From the NCBI GenBank assembly GCA_976226885.1, contig OZ320320.1, positions 66,650,001 to 66,714,000 of the forward strand: 64,000 bases of DNA, in the 5' to 3' direction. This document shows positions 13,290 to 26,540 of the stretch, in pieces. The first letter of the stretch is position 1. Every line of letters begins with the position of its first letter. Made by a program: the position numbers and the translations under genes. Under the pieces are notes generated by a model that ran no database searches, was not told where the DNA came from, and worked only from the letters and a program-made list of their open reading frames with translations. This DNA comes from Iphione sp. A-MEVVRFRX5. Its lineage: Eukaryota.

Positions 13290-13622
13290 TAAGGCCTAAA
13301 AAGTTCTGTTTCCGGTAACAAGCTGAAAAAATACAGAGTCGGTCACTAGGTAACATTTTTTTCTTTTTCTTTTTTTTCAATGCTAAAACTCCTGAAAGCA
13401 ACAGATGTGTATGGCAATGCCACTTATACTGGTTAGACTTTAATGAAACTTATGCCAAATGAAAGCTAGTAGCCTAAATAACAATTTGTTGTATAGAACA
13501 TATCTCTATTATTATTCATTTTGAAGTTATTCAACAAACAAGAAGAAATAAATAGTTACAATTAGCTCTCATGTAGGGTCAGTCAGATTATCGGAAACAC
13601 AACTTTTTTTTACTAGGTCTAA
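13290..13622. mobile_element. MITE related to the 6147-6500 element
   Basis: Left end taaggcctaaaaagttctgtttccggtaac is imperfectly inverted to the right end gattatcggaaacacaacttttttttactaggtctaa; same AGGCC+A-run+GTTTC..GTAAC architecture. Confidence 0.6.
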
Positions 13623-14093
13623 GTTACACTTATAGTATTGTTCCAACTAAAGATTCATGAAAAACATCTGATACGCTTTAAGAATAAACCCTCTAGTATT
13701 TCACGAAATAATTTTTATAATATAATGCTAGTTTATCTGTTATTTAATGTTTTTAGACATTTATATTAAGTGTATGAACATATCTGAACATGCTAATTTT
13801 TGAGGTTTTAACATGTCGTGTGACTGCTTCTCCATGGCAACTGAATGTTTATTCCAAAATTTGACCTGACCACGAGAGGCCATGTTATACACAGTATCCC
13901 TATACATTACTACTGAAAATGAACCAAATGGATACAGAGGTTGATATGGGATTTCTGGCATCATTGCCATCGTGCAAATCAGGCCGATTGCAGATCTGAC
14001 GATAGATATATTATCACTTTATCGATTGATAATACCCACAATGTTAATAATCAATAAAAATTATTTCTGTTTCGATAAAATCTTATTGGGGAT

Positions 14094-14610
14094 TCAGAGA
14101 TTAAGTAGGAGAATTAATAGAGGGAGGAGGATAAAAAGAGAAGGAGGACAGTGAGGGAGGAAGACAGTAGGGGTGGGAGGAGGACAGTGATTTGAGTAGG
14201 AAGACGGTGAGGAAGGCGGGGGGTGGTGGAGGCGAAGGAGGAGGATAGTGGGTGAGCAGGCAGAGAGCAAGTAAGGGAGTAGGAGAGTGAGAGCATAGAA
14301 TAGACAGTAAGAGAGGCGAATAACTGCAGGATTGGAAGAATGAATGAAGGATGAGAAAAGCAAAGAATAGACAAGAGGAGGTAGCCAGCAAGGTGGAGAG
14401 TGAGTGTGGAGGGTCAGACTGCGCAAAAGAGGATTCTGACTACAAGAGAAAGAAAGTAACTGATCAGATTCAAGAGTGACAGAGGCGAATGAGTTAGGAG
14501 GGAGAAGAGGGAGGGAGGGAGGAGGAGAGTGAGGGACAAAGAAAGTGAGTGAGAGTTGGAGGTTAAGAGTGAGGGAGGAAAGGTTAGAATGAGCACCCAG
14601 TCGCAATTAA
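14094..14610 (+). repeat. Purine-rich low-complexity tract
   Basis: About 500 bp almost entirely G/A on the + strand; source of the spurious Ser/Pro/Leu ORFs. Confidence 0.85.
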
Positions 14611-15100
14611 TGATGTTTGAGTTTGATTGGAATAACATTGTGAAATACATTTTATTGATGATGAAATGAACTCGTAAACATTTATACAAGTTTATTTCAA
14701 TCTTTCAATTTCTTTTTATAATTGAAGCAAATACTCTGAAATACATGTATTTATTAATTTACGATAAAGTATTTTATTAATTTTCATGTTTATTTGTGCA
14801 TTCCCCATTCACTGTAGTACAAGTACTATTCAGTTTATTGAGGAATGACTTCCAATTTTGTGAATTAAGTGCTATCCCCATGGACTCAAACCTCCCAGAT
14901 CCACCACATTGTGCATGGATGGCGGAAGGTCCAGTCCAAGCAGTTAAGGTAGACCTATACCCATGGACATGGACAACCCAGACATGCCACCTGCCGCATG
15001 TGGGACGATCGGTGAAGAAGTGGGACACCTGGATCCTACCACCTCGTGCATGTTGGGAATAGGTGTGTATGTGTGTGTGTGTGTGTGTGTGTATGAGCAT

Positions 15101-15271
15101 ATCTCATTGAATTCCTGTCAAATTTGTGAAAGTAATGTGTTTTTTGTGCAGATCTCACCAAATTCCTGTCAAATTTGTGTAAATAATGTGTTTTTGGTGC
15201 AGATCTCACTGAATTGCTGTAAAATTTGTCTAAATGATGTGTTTAAGTGCAGATCTCATTGAATTCCTGTC
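15101..15271. repeat. Minisatellite, 50-51 bp unit x ~3.4
   Basis: Units start with atctca at 15101, 15152, 15203 and 15253; preceded by (GT)n and followed by (CTATT)n. Confidence 0.9.
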
Positions 15272-15818
15272 TATTCTATTCTATTCTGTTGTATTCTCTT
15301 CTATTCTCAGCCTGCACGACATGGCAAATAGTTCATGTACATGGGGATAGACCCTGCCACCAGTGACATATAGGTCCAGGCAGCATGCACCATGCCACAA
15401 GTTGGGTGCAGATAATTCAGATCCATGCTGATACCACTTTAAGCCCACATTTTCTGATTTCAAAGTTCAACACCTTAACCTACTAAGCTATCTCAATTTA
15501 GTATCAAATCATGTGCAAAATTCTGTTATCTTCATTGTCCAATAAAACCAAGCTACATTCTAGAATCACTACTAACCCAAATACAACATTCAGTCAATGT
15601 TTCATTCTACTGTTACCTGAACATTATGATTTAACATGCATACAGTATTACCTGTATATTTTTTTCCAACTAAATGAAACCACAACATTGCATGAATGTT
15701 ATATTCTATGTCTTCCTAACATTATAATTCAATGTTTATACAACATTGCCTGAATGTTATTTCCAACCTTAGCAACACACCATGTTCTACAAATGCTTTT
15801 GAACCCTATATGTCAGCT

Positions 15819-18800
15819 GTCTTGTCCTCTTCTTCATGCTTCATCATCAAAAATGACCATGCTCTCAGTTTCTTTTTCTGCATTCTTTGTGAGTTCTCTT
15901 ATGAATAGTGAGGCCAATTCTTGCATGAATTACTCACATTGAGAACATTTTATGGAGAGGAGTGTGTCTCTGACTTTGGCAGAATTTCTGAGCAGCTCTC
16001 GAAGACTGCTCAAGGGCAATCTTATTCTTCTCAAAGTTCTCTTCTCCCTAGTGAATGGTGCTCTTCCACTTGGTATGATCTGTACCAATGAATTCCCACT
16101 TTAATATATAGATGTTGAAGTGTTTAAGGGAGTCTTTGTAATGTTTCTTTTGACCACCACATGTTTGTGGTCTACTGGTCAGCTCTCATAGAGTAGTATT
16201 TTGGGTAGTCTTGTGACTGGTATTCTATGGACATGACCAGCCCAGCATAGCTGAGTTTTCTTGAGAAGAGTGAAAATACTGAGAAGTCCTGTTTTGGTTA
16301 GCACCTCTGTGTCTGGGATCTTGTTTTGTCATTTGATATTGAGGAGCTTCCTAAGGCAAGAGTGATGAAAGTGGTTCAGTTCCTTGGTATGGCACTAGTA
16401 TACTATCCAAGTTTCTGCACTGAAGACTAGGGTGGTAAGGACAATTGCTTAGTATACTTGGAGCTTTGTGTTCAAATAAATACCTCTGTTTTCCCACACT
16501 GATGCATGTAGTCACACAGCTTGCTTTGGAGATGTGAGCATCTATCTCATCATCAATGTTAACTTGACAGGATAGTGTGCTGCCAAGGTAGATGAATTTG
16601 TCTACATGTTTTAGTGGTTCATATCCAACAGGGATTTGCGGTTTGACATATGGCTGGCCTGTAGCTAGTTGAAAAAGGTCTCTGATCTTCTTGGTACTAA
16701 TGGTAAGTCCAAAGTTAAGGCAAATAACAAGGAAAAGATCCATACTGTGTTGCATATCTCTTTCATTTCTTACATTTAGGGTACAGTCATCAGCAAACAA
16801 GAAGTCCCTGAGGATGATAGTGTTGGTTTTTGTTGTGCCTCTCAAGTGAGCTAGGTTGAAGAGCTTTCCAATAGTTCTGAATCTTACTTCAAATGCTGGG
16901 GCTTCTGATTTGAATGCATCATGAAGCATTGCTGTGAACATGATGCTGAAAAGGGTTGGCACAAGGACACATCCCTGCTTAACACCATTTATGACAGCAA
17001 ATGGCTCAGAAAATTCCCTGTTAAGCACCTGGGCTTTATGGTATGGAATTCTCTTATCACTGACACAAATTTCTCTGGACATCCAAACTTAGTCATGATT
17101 TTCCATAGTCCCTCATGGCTGACAGTTTTGAAAGCTTTGGTCAGGTCAATGAAGGTGGTCTACTGCTTGGCATTTTGTTCTTGACATTTTTCCTACAGTT
17201 TGCTAGCTGCAAAGATCATTTCTGTGGTACCTCTGTCCTTTTGGAAGCCACACTGACTTTATGGTAGGAGGCCTTGTTCAAGATGCATGATTAGCTGATT
17301 GAGGATGACTCAAGCAAGAATTTTCCCTGCCATTGATAGAAGGATATGCCTCTGTGGTTTTCACAAGATTGATGGTTCCCTTTCCTTTTGCAAAAGTAAA
17401 TTATGTTAGCATCATTGAACTCTTAGGGTAAGATGGCCTTGTCCCAGATGTTTTGTAAGAATGATGTTAGCTTCTTAAAAGTATTGGACCTCTATGCTTA
17501 TAGACTTTAGCTGGTATGCCATCCCCTACATTGCCTTTCTGCTAGCTAGCTGCTTAATGGCCTTTTTTCAGTTAATGAAGGAATCATGTTGAGGTTTTCA
17601 TTGACTAGTACCTGAGGTAGATGTTCAATGGCTTCATTGTTAATCTAGGAAGGTCAGTTTAGAACATTATCAAAGTGTTCAGCCAAACGTGATAGAACTT
17701 TTCCCTGTGTGTCAGTAATGTTTCCTTCTGCAGATAAAATTGGGGTTGCACTGGATAACTGTGTCCCATAGACTCTTAAATCCTTGAATCTCCTGAGTCT
17801 TATTACATAAACATTGATTTTACATAAGTTTAGGTTCATGCTTGATAGTGTTATGGCATTGTCTGTAGGCTGACTTGTTTGTCTCTGTTGGGTTGCTGTT
17901 GCTTGTTCTTTGAAGATGTTGCTTTTGCTATAACATTTTACTGATCTTTGCATCATTTTCATCAAACCAGTCTTGATGTTTACAAACTGGATATTCAAGG
18001 ATTCAAGAAGATGCATTATAGACAGCACTGCAAAGTTGTGTCCAATGTATCTCAACATTGCCTGATGGTTGAAGTTTATTTGGTGTGATTCCAAGTTTCT
18101 CTTGGAGTGCTTGCTTCGTTTCTTCATTCTTTAGCTTGTTGATGTTCAATCTTCTGTAACATCATTACAGACCCTTGAGGATATCTTTTAGGTTTTATTT
18201 TCATCTTTACTTTCAAGCAAAAGTGTGTCGTCTTTCCAGCACTCGGCTCCACAAAAGGTGGATCTTTCCTGCGAAGCTAACACCAACCTCCCTCCTTTCT
18301 TCTGTAGGTCATCCACTCCAGAACAAGGTGTACCAAATGCCAGATTCTGTAAGTTGGCCTTCCTAAGCAATGCATGTTTCACAAGGGCAGCAATGTCTAG
18401 CTTTTACTGTGAGAGTTCATGTGCAGCAAGGGCAAAGTGCCTCTCAGGTCTCTTGCAGTTGATGTTGTCCATTAGTATACATACATTCCAGGTCCCAGAG
18501 ACCGGGTTTATAGTCTTGATAGGTTTCTTGTTTTTCCTACTGCTAATGTGGTATCCTCTCCAGCTGCAGAAACCTGGCCAGGCTGAGTGGACCAGGCAAT
18601 TTTTAGGGTACCTTTTCTAGTCCCTATCTCATTCTAGGGAGGTGAGCAGTGCATTCCTAAAGAGGGCTGCTCAGTCTCTTAGGTGGCTGCCAAATCCCAC
18701 TGCTGCCTTGGGTCAGAGAGAAAAAAAACATATAGCCTGAGCTGCTTCTATGTAGGTTTCTGACTACAGCTTCCAGTGTATCCACACCTGTTGCTTTGCC

Positions 18801-19442
18801 ATACACCTGTCACCACAGGACTTTTGGAGTAAGATGGTAAAGAAAGGTGAGAGCTGAGTTGCATGTGACTTGGATTAAAGTGAGGGTGACTTGCACTGCA
18901 TCAATCTTACTCTCTCCCCCCTCAAATTTGATGACAGTGGCAAGAGCTAATCTAGATAACTGGTAAAGATGAGGGTGCTGGAGCTGCCAGGGTTTACCCA
19001 AAGTTTGTATACAGCCTACCATAGGGGCTCCACTCTGGGTTTTCTGTTAGGGTTTACTCCCTTAGCTTTACCTCTCCTGAGGTATCCACAAGGCAGTGGA
19101 GCTATTATTTTGCCCATAGCTGGGGAACTGGTTCATGTGATGCCAGGGCATGTCCACACAGTGGTGGGCCAGCACTTGTATGTTTAGGGGCCAGTTCTCC
19201 AAGTCCCCATGAGGGCTTCAGCCAGCAATCAAGAGGGATCACTGTTGCCCATGTATCACCGCAAGAAGGCATCCTATTGGGCTTACTGGTGGAAAGGCCG
19301 TGTTCTGGCAGGAGAGACTTATGCACTCAGCTCTCTTTTCACAGCAAACTGCTAGCCAGCAGTGAGAGCTGAAAGTGAGAGTGACAAATACTGCACACTA
19401 CACTAACACACTAGTCACATCACACCAACCAGATAGACACAC
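15819..19442 (-). mobile_element. Full-length degenerate RTE-clade (RTE-1/BovB-like) non-LTR retrotransposon
   Basis: APE start GTWNV..LMDN...RPER..DIAAL (~18400-18500); RT motifs GVKQGCVLVPTLF and FLFADD in ORF 16351-17082; C-terminal ARIGLTIHKRTH (~15900); gatgatgaag/gaagaag tail; 11-bp TSD ATATGTCAGCT at 15808-15818 and 19443-19453. Many stops and frameshifts. Confidence 0.92.
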
Positions 19443-19453
19443 ATATGTCAGCT

Positions 19454-19810
19454 ATAAAAGGAGAGCAGGAAGAACCAAGGGAGGTAGCCAAGAGGAGGGT
19501 AGGAGGAATAGGGGTGTCTAAATTTTTTTGAATGATCAGGCACGTCCACTTTTAAGTGTGAGTGAGGGGACCGGAGAGAGCAGTGGTTAATGACAGTAGG
19601 AAAGGAGTAGAGCAGGGAAGGAGCAAGGGAAGGAACAGAATTAGAAAGAGAGGAAAAGAGGAGAAACAGTGGAGAAGAGGAAGGAGAGAGAGTGGGTCAA
19701 AAGGAGTGAGAGGAACAACGAAAGCGACAACGATAAAACAATAGGTGAATTATTGGGAGTAAACAACAGGGAAAAACAGACGGAGAGAGTGGAATTAAAA
19801 AAAAACTGTC
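19454..19810 (+). repeat. Purine-rich low-complexity tract
   Basis: G/A-dominated sequence directly right of the RTE TSD; shares GGAGGTAGCCA with the 14.4-kb tract. Confidence 0.75.
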
Positions 19811-20299
19811 AAGTCACTTATGTTGCTTTTTCCCCCTATCCTATCTCTCCCCCTCCTCCCTGTCAGTGCCACTTCCCGACCCTATTTAAAGCATGTGTCT
19901 TCATTGCTTCTGCCTGAGTTAACAAAATACACGTATAATGAAAGGAGCGCTCTGCATACTTCAACTTATATATAAAATAGAAATTAACGTAATTTATATT
20001 CATCTCAAAGTAAAGTGCATGTATAATTGCACCGACAAAGGTGTCTTCTCCCTAAGATAAATGAAAGAAATAAAGAAGGTCACTTATTTTTTTGCCCAAG
20101 TGAATGTCGACTCCACAATGGGACTGACTACACCCCATTGCTTGTATCGAGTTTCTATATTACTGAAGGGTTCGTGAGTTCATACTTAAAATACACAACA
20201 TGATCTCTTAGAAGGAAAATCACACAGTGTGATGGAGTCTGTGCTGAATTTGATTTGATAAGTCTAGTGCAGTTTGAATTGATTACACCCTAACCTAGG

Positions 20300-23200
20300 C
20301 TACATAGATCTCCTGTGGCAACTGTGGGTACTGAAAATAAGATGTGTCGCCGTCAGGATTGTCATAACTGGAGGAGTGTAGGGTTGTTAACAAATATCGC
20401 ATAAGAAACTAGAATTTAGACATGACAGAGGAAATATACGGCAGCAAAAATTCATATATTGAAGTCTCAAGTTAATAATGAGATAATTCCAGTAGGATCT
20501 CTTCCGCTAAATCATGTCCTTCTTTTCCTGGGTTTGCCGTAAATACAAAGTAAGTTATAAATTTAATATTTGTAGATGATTGTAACAGACTCCCTAGTAA
20601 AATATTTGCAATTTTGTATTATTTTACTATTTATACATGGAAGTCTCCTTTTTGTTGAGCTAGGGGACTAACTGGTGGTAAACTTAATGTAGCGCAGTTC
20701 TATTTCTTTAGTTAGAGAGGAGTTCAGTTCTGAGCGTGATGGCTCGAATGAAGTGGTTACCTGATTGTGGACGTCATTTGCAGAATAGACTTCAAAGTAC
20801 TACTTTTCTAGCTTCACCTAATAAAAAATTAGCCACAAGAGATTTTAAAAACTTATTATTCTCAAATGAAGTCAGATCGAAATAGATTGACACAGTTTAG
20901 CACAAGATAATCTTAAATAGATATCAAAGTTCCAAGTGGTCCTCAGATAAGTCACGGGGCCCGTGTCTGAGACGAAACGAAGTTCCGTTGTACTGTAAAA
21001 ACCTCCCTATTGCAACGCTTGTGAGACATGGACAAGCCGCCAAGTGGAGGTTTTGGAATAATGTTGTCTTTCTACATTAAATGGTCTCTTTCTGCACCAA
21101 GTAAATGTGCTTGGAACAGCGAGGTTACTTGATAGTGGAATATCAAGGGGCTATTGTATATCGATTTACATTTAATAGATTGTGTGTATCATAGTTGAAT
21201 TTTGCCAGAATATGTTTAGTCATTTACATTGTTCTACTACACATATTGGTACCAGGTATCATTGTTATTTGTAGTTGTAGGGTGTGACCATGACATTATT
21301 TCCCGATCTTACCAGCGCAATTCATTATTTATAAATCGGACGATAAAAATGGCAATACGGAAGTGAGTCAACTCATTTCTATGAAAACCTTGAATGGCTG
21401 TCTTGCGCAGACGTCGGCCCTGATGAGGAGTGACAGTATAATATTGGATGCCCTACAAATAATGTTACTCAACTCCCGAAACTGTTCAGTCCAATTACTT
21501 CTTAATCGAGCCTTATACTTTCAATTACCGCAAATGTATTCACAGGACAAGTGTTATTTATGGAGGATGTAGCTACTTTTGGTATTCTTTGATGGAGTGC
21601 AGGAGTTTTCTTTTTAAGTGGTCTGACAGTGTTCGACCTCCATACTCTGTAGGAATATTTTTTTTTTAATCTGTAAATTCAAAACCGCAGTGATGGTTCG
21701 CCTGTCTACTACGGTGAAAATTAATTGGCATTATGAAAAATATATTTTTGCATCTTGAAATCTGTGGTTTTCCTGTATCTTTCTTCCTTTTTCTATAATA
21801 AGTGTAAGTGTAGATCGTATCTTCTATCGGCGTGCTGCTTGAATTTCCGGGAAGATTATATCAAAATCAGTCTTCCTTTGACCTTATAATTCATGATATT
21901 AGTGCTTAGCCCTCCTTTCTCCTTGTCCTCATGTTTGCTCAACATCACAGAAAGGACTAATTTAACACTCCTGTTAGTGATGTAATTGTCAACTTTGGTC
22001 TCACACGAAAACTTATAGATATTCGTCATCCTCCAGTTCCGTTGATAATGGTTAATTATGGATGCTTCTTCTTGAGACTTGACTCCCGCTGTGGTATAGA
22101 TGTCTTGATCATTTGATGTCGGGTTTTGTTTTAATGAAAAGTCCGTTCAATCTAGAATTTTTATGTTCCCAGAATATAACGAAACTATATAATAATAAAT
22201 AACCAAACTACAAACATCACAGATGAGAGTAGCAGGATCAATTTGGAATAGTATCTTGCTGGATATTTTAACCATATTTTTTTTTAAATGTTTCCTTACT
22301 GAAATCGGAATCGTCGGCTATCTGACCACCTCCAAAAAGATTTAATTTTCTTGTTAGTGGACCTATGCTTCAAAAGTTAATTTCCGAATAAAATGGTACT
22401 TATAATATAAGGGGACGGCTAATTGGTTTCTACATAGGTGGAAACAATGGTTTTAATAATCAGTGATGAAGCAAAGCTATCTTAAATTGTGAAAGTGATT
22501 ACAGGGAATACAAAACTGATATTATAAATTCCGAAGATTTCCAGCATATATCCCCTAGTCGATTCTAATAACAAAAGTTACAATATCAGATTCATTAAAC
22601 TAGCATTTCAACATGATAAATTAATCGAAATTTGACAGTATGTTCATACTAATACAATGAAAGTTTTAAACATTTTTCACTCCGTACGAGACTCGGCGAA
22701 TCCAGGTTCTACCTCCAATGTGAAATGTGCAAAGCTTGACTGACTTATGAAAAACAAACACCGTTATTTTCCTATTACCACAATTTTCTTATTTATTCCC
22801 TTTTCACAGGTATCAAGAAAGAGTCTCATGCAAAGATAGGAAATGGTTAATTCTGTTTCAAAGAGGAAAATATTTCTCAAAGCGCTTACATATAGAAACT
22901 TTGTTGAATAATCACTGAAATTAGCTCAGTCATAATCACAATAAGGTAGTTTTTTACTGTCAATTGTGATGCCGGAGACATTTCTGGTAAGAATCGTCAC
23001 TTTAATTAGGTATATAATAGCTCAAAGTATACTGCTTGACAGCTCCACATCTTAAATAAATGCAAGTAAATAGCAGAGAAGACAAAACGTATTTCAAGTA
23101 GAAATTCTCTCTTCTTAGGACGCTTTCCTCTCAAAAGGCATTATGTCAACAGCAAAACTGCCATACACATGCCCCTGCGTGAAAATGCATCAAGTTTTAT

Positions 23201-24900
23201 TCCCTGTTTTTTTTTTATCATGACCAAATATTTAGAATTTCCCTCTTGCACATGAACAGCATGCAATTAGTGCAACAAAGCATTTATCGATGATTAAACC
23301 ACGTTTTGTGTTTGTTGCCTTCGGACTTCGTTGCTTGCATTACAGAAATATTTCGTCAACGAGTTTCAGCTTCTTGAATATTTATTGTACGAAATATATG
23401 TAGGCAACGATGAAAGATGTGCATGGAGTATGTAAAGGAAACCTTTCCAGGTACGAAATGTAGAAGTGTTCTCGTATACAGCAAAAGTGTGTATAAATAG
23501 TTTCCAAATTACATTAATGCTACCATCTATAAATCTAGACTAGGTTAACAACAATACTGTTAGCAAGACCCAACTTGTTTTTGTACACATATATAGCATA
23601 CTCTGTTGGGGACCTAGCTGTGTTAACAACTCTAGCCTTTCACTTTTCGAGAAAAGGTTCGTTTTATATTACACCTTAAACATAATATTTGCATACCTGA
23701 CTTTGAACATTACCAAACAAATTCACAAAAAGGTTTCAATAACGTGTTCAAAGAAAGACTGGGACTTTAAGATGCTGAGATCAATGTTCCCATATCTGTT
23801 TTTGCTACCTCTGCTGCTAGCATCAGCTGTTATCGTAAGCTTTGCTTCACCACTGTCCAAGGACATTGAGATTCTTAAAACTTGGATGAAACGAAAATTG
23901 TTCAGGGAGAGGACGAAAGACAATATTTATCAACATGTCCTATCACATGCCAACAATTTGCATTGTGGTTGACACGAGTCGATATATCTGCAGTTTCAAT
24001 CGAGCATGAAACGGTGAAAAAAAATCACCGCTTAATTAGAAAGGATTCTACGAGCATTTCACGTCTACCGTCAGCTAAAGGTCCTATTTACCAGCACTCA
24101 AAATGTAAATATCCGTCAAATCAACGTATAAAAATATTGAAGAGAAGGCGTAACTATCAATGATCTGCACCAGAGAATCGCTTCTAGGCCTGTCAATAGT
24201 TTTTTAGATCAGTAGATGATGAAAAAGGTCACAAAATCTAAATGAATATAGCCAAATATAATGCCTCTTCCTCAAATAGGGTCAAAGTTGCGACCTACTA
24301 TCCGAACAATGAAATTAAACATCTACAAAGCAATGTCAACACTTTGGTTTGCTCAGAGCAATTTGCTCTCATATTCTCCCTATAAACATACAGATTATAA
24401 AGGAGAAAGACCAACTATTTAAACTGAATTGTCATCTGCGCCGTTAAATACACGGCCAACCCAGCCGGAAGTTGTATGAAAAACTAGTGCAGATTGCCGT
24501 ACACAACAACTTAATTATTCGCATGAATCTGTTTACATAGGTATTCATATGTGCAAGTAAATTTATGTATGTGTGTATATATATATATAGATTCTCTCCT
24601 TTGTAGTTCGGCAAACTAAGGCAACTAGAACGAGCCTCTCGTGTAGACTTCCTAGTAGCTGCATTAGCTGCCAACACTACTCTGTGTAGTAAACAGCTTA
24701 ACGATATAATTATCAAACGTTACAAATGTTACTTGGTCCTCGAGCCTTCTGGTACAATCGTCTCCATTTCTCGTCAACATGTCCTTCTCGGCCAGTACTG
24801 CGCACCAGCCGAGTCGCCGTCATTTTAGTACTTTTCCTGATTTGCGCAGCACGGACGAATTGCCACTTGCCGTCCGCCATTTTACTTTTTCCTTCGACCG
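20300..24900 (-). mobile_element. Possible decayed MULE/Mutator-like transposase gene
   Basis: Minus-strand start aaaATGGCGGAC (~24880) with a donor near 24730. Remnant frames: HVIGH (~23950), VKLCTFH (~22720, resembling the MULE xLCxFH motif), an ~90-codon open stretch at 21890-22130 and INNTCPVN (~21550). No TIRs found. Confidence 0.3.
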
Positions 24901-25084
24901 ATCATGACACATAAAGGTGTGCCAAATACGCTGACACACTCCCCTTCACAGCATCGCCGCTTACTGCAGTCAAACCGACTGCACAGTCGGTTCCTGTCGA
25001 AAAAAGAACATATGCATCTTATCTATGGCCAGGGCAAATGCTTCGTCTGATCAATGAAAAGAACAGGACTCATAATACCAAGTA

Positions 25085-25252
25085 CAGGCCCGTAGCCAGG
25101 AAGTTTTCTGGAGGGTATCGGGCAATACCCCCAATACCCCAGGGGTGGACTAATTTTATATTTACTTCTATGAAAGCCTCTTGGAATTAATGTTTTGCGG
25201 GGGGATTGGGGAATCGGATGATACCCCCGATTCCCCCTTGGCTACGGGCCTG
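25085..25252. mobile_element. Short MITE with CAGG termini (hAT-like)
   Basis: CAGGCCCGTAGCCA at 25085 is inverted to TGGCTACGGGCCTG ending at 25252. No 8-bp TSD is visible. Confidence 0.75.
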
Positions 25253-25799
25253 AAATAGAACTACTTCTGTATTTTTCAGAAAGCCAAAACGGGCAATATG
25301 TATTCAATAATTATAGAACTATTGCTCCTGACTATAGGTAACGTGTACTTATGTCCATTGAGGCGTTCCGTTTAACTGATGTATACTATGCAGAACACAA
25401 TCATGTGAAAGTAAATGGTCGGATATTTCAGGGAAGGAAGAGGGGAGTAATGTTCCCGAGATCAAGCTCCAGTGGAGCTCAGTGCGTCGGTGAGGCGCCA
25501 TTTCACGCAGGGACGCTTTCGGTCAATGTTTGACGCCATCTCCTCACAGGGGCTATTCATCTATGAGACACTACCGGATGGAGACTTACGTCATATCCGG
25601 ACTCTTCTTTAGGTGCAGGCTCAAGAGTCAGTGTAAAACAACATTGTTCAGATCGATCTGGTTTCTTGATAAGCAGCAGTTTAATTATATGCTTGAAAAT
25701 ATCTTTAGACCCAGAGACCATGACCGAGGGGGGCCTATCTCCTAGCTAAATATTCATGCCAACAGCTCCAGGTCTGCGAATAGAATAAATAATTTACAT

Positions 25800-26540
25800 G
25801 TTTACACTACATATATAAAATGTTGCCTGAAAGTAGTACCAGCCATAGGGAGATGGTCTCATGGATGTGTGACTTTCTCCATCTCTCCTAATTTTCTTAT
25901 TACCATGTGTTCCTCTTTAAAGTATTTCAAGTTATGGAAAATGGCGCATGTTTTCTGTCCCAAAAGGCAAAACTGCAGAAAACACACAAAATTATGGCAC
26001 TTATTTCTTGTAAGAGATGTATCAATGCACAGGCAGGTAGCAGTCAGACTGACCTAGCTTCACAGGGTCACAAGACATCACTCATTCATGGCAGTCTGTA
26101 CTTTGACCCCTTCCCCTCTCTCTAATGCCCCCACCCCAACCACACACACTGCAGGTGCAGAAGGCGCTTGTTACACTACACATATAAAACATTGCCTGAA
26201 AGTAGTACTGCCATGGGGAGGAGGTCTCATGAGTGTGAGAATTCATCAAAACTAAATAATTGGTTGCCATTTATCTGATTATTTTAAACCTTTTAAAATG
26301 TAGATTTGCATATGATTTGTAACATAATAGAGGGTAAAAAAGAAAATGAATAAATATTATGGGACTATTTCTTCAGCTAGATGTAGGCCACTTTGTATCA
26401 CTGGGCCTGTAGTCAGTTATGCAAAACCAAGGGTTGTAAAACCTATTATCCGGTCTGTGTGAGGAACACCGAAGGCGCTTGTTCCGACTAAATACTGCCT
26501 GAAGGTAGTGCAGCCCCGCCGAGAGTCGGCGAGTTGTGAC
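25800..26540. repeat. Three diverged copies of a unit containing TGCCTGAA(A/G)GTAGT
   Basis: Cores at ~25823, ~26192 and ~26495 with shared flanks (gaaggcgcttgtt, cactaca.atataaaa, ggtctcatg); spacing ~370 and ~300 bp. Confidence 0.7.

Noticed and set aside
14094-14689. Long Ser/Pro/Leu ORFs (also 30100-30615, 41423-41929, 59120-59550, 62136-62441)
   Set aside because: Products of purine/pyrimidine tracts and microsatellites.
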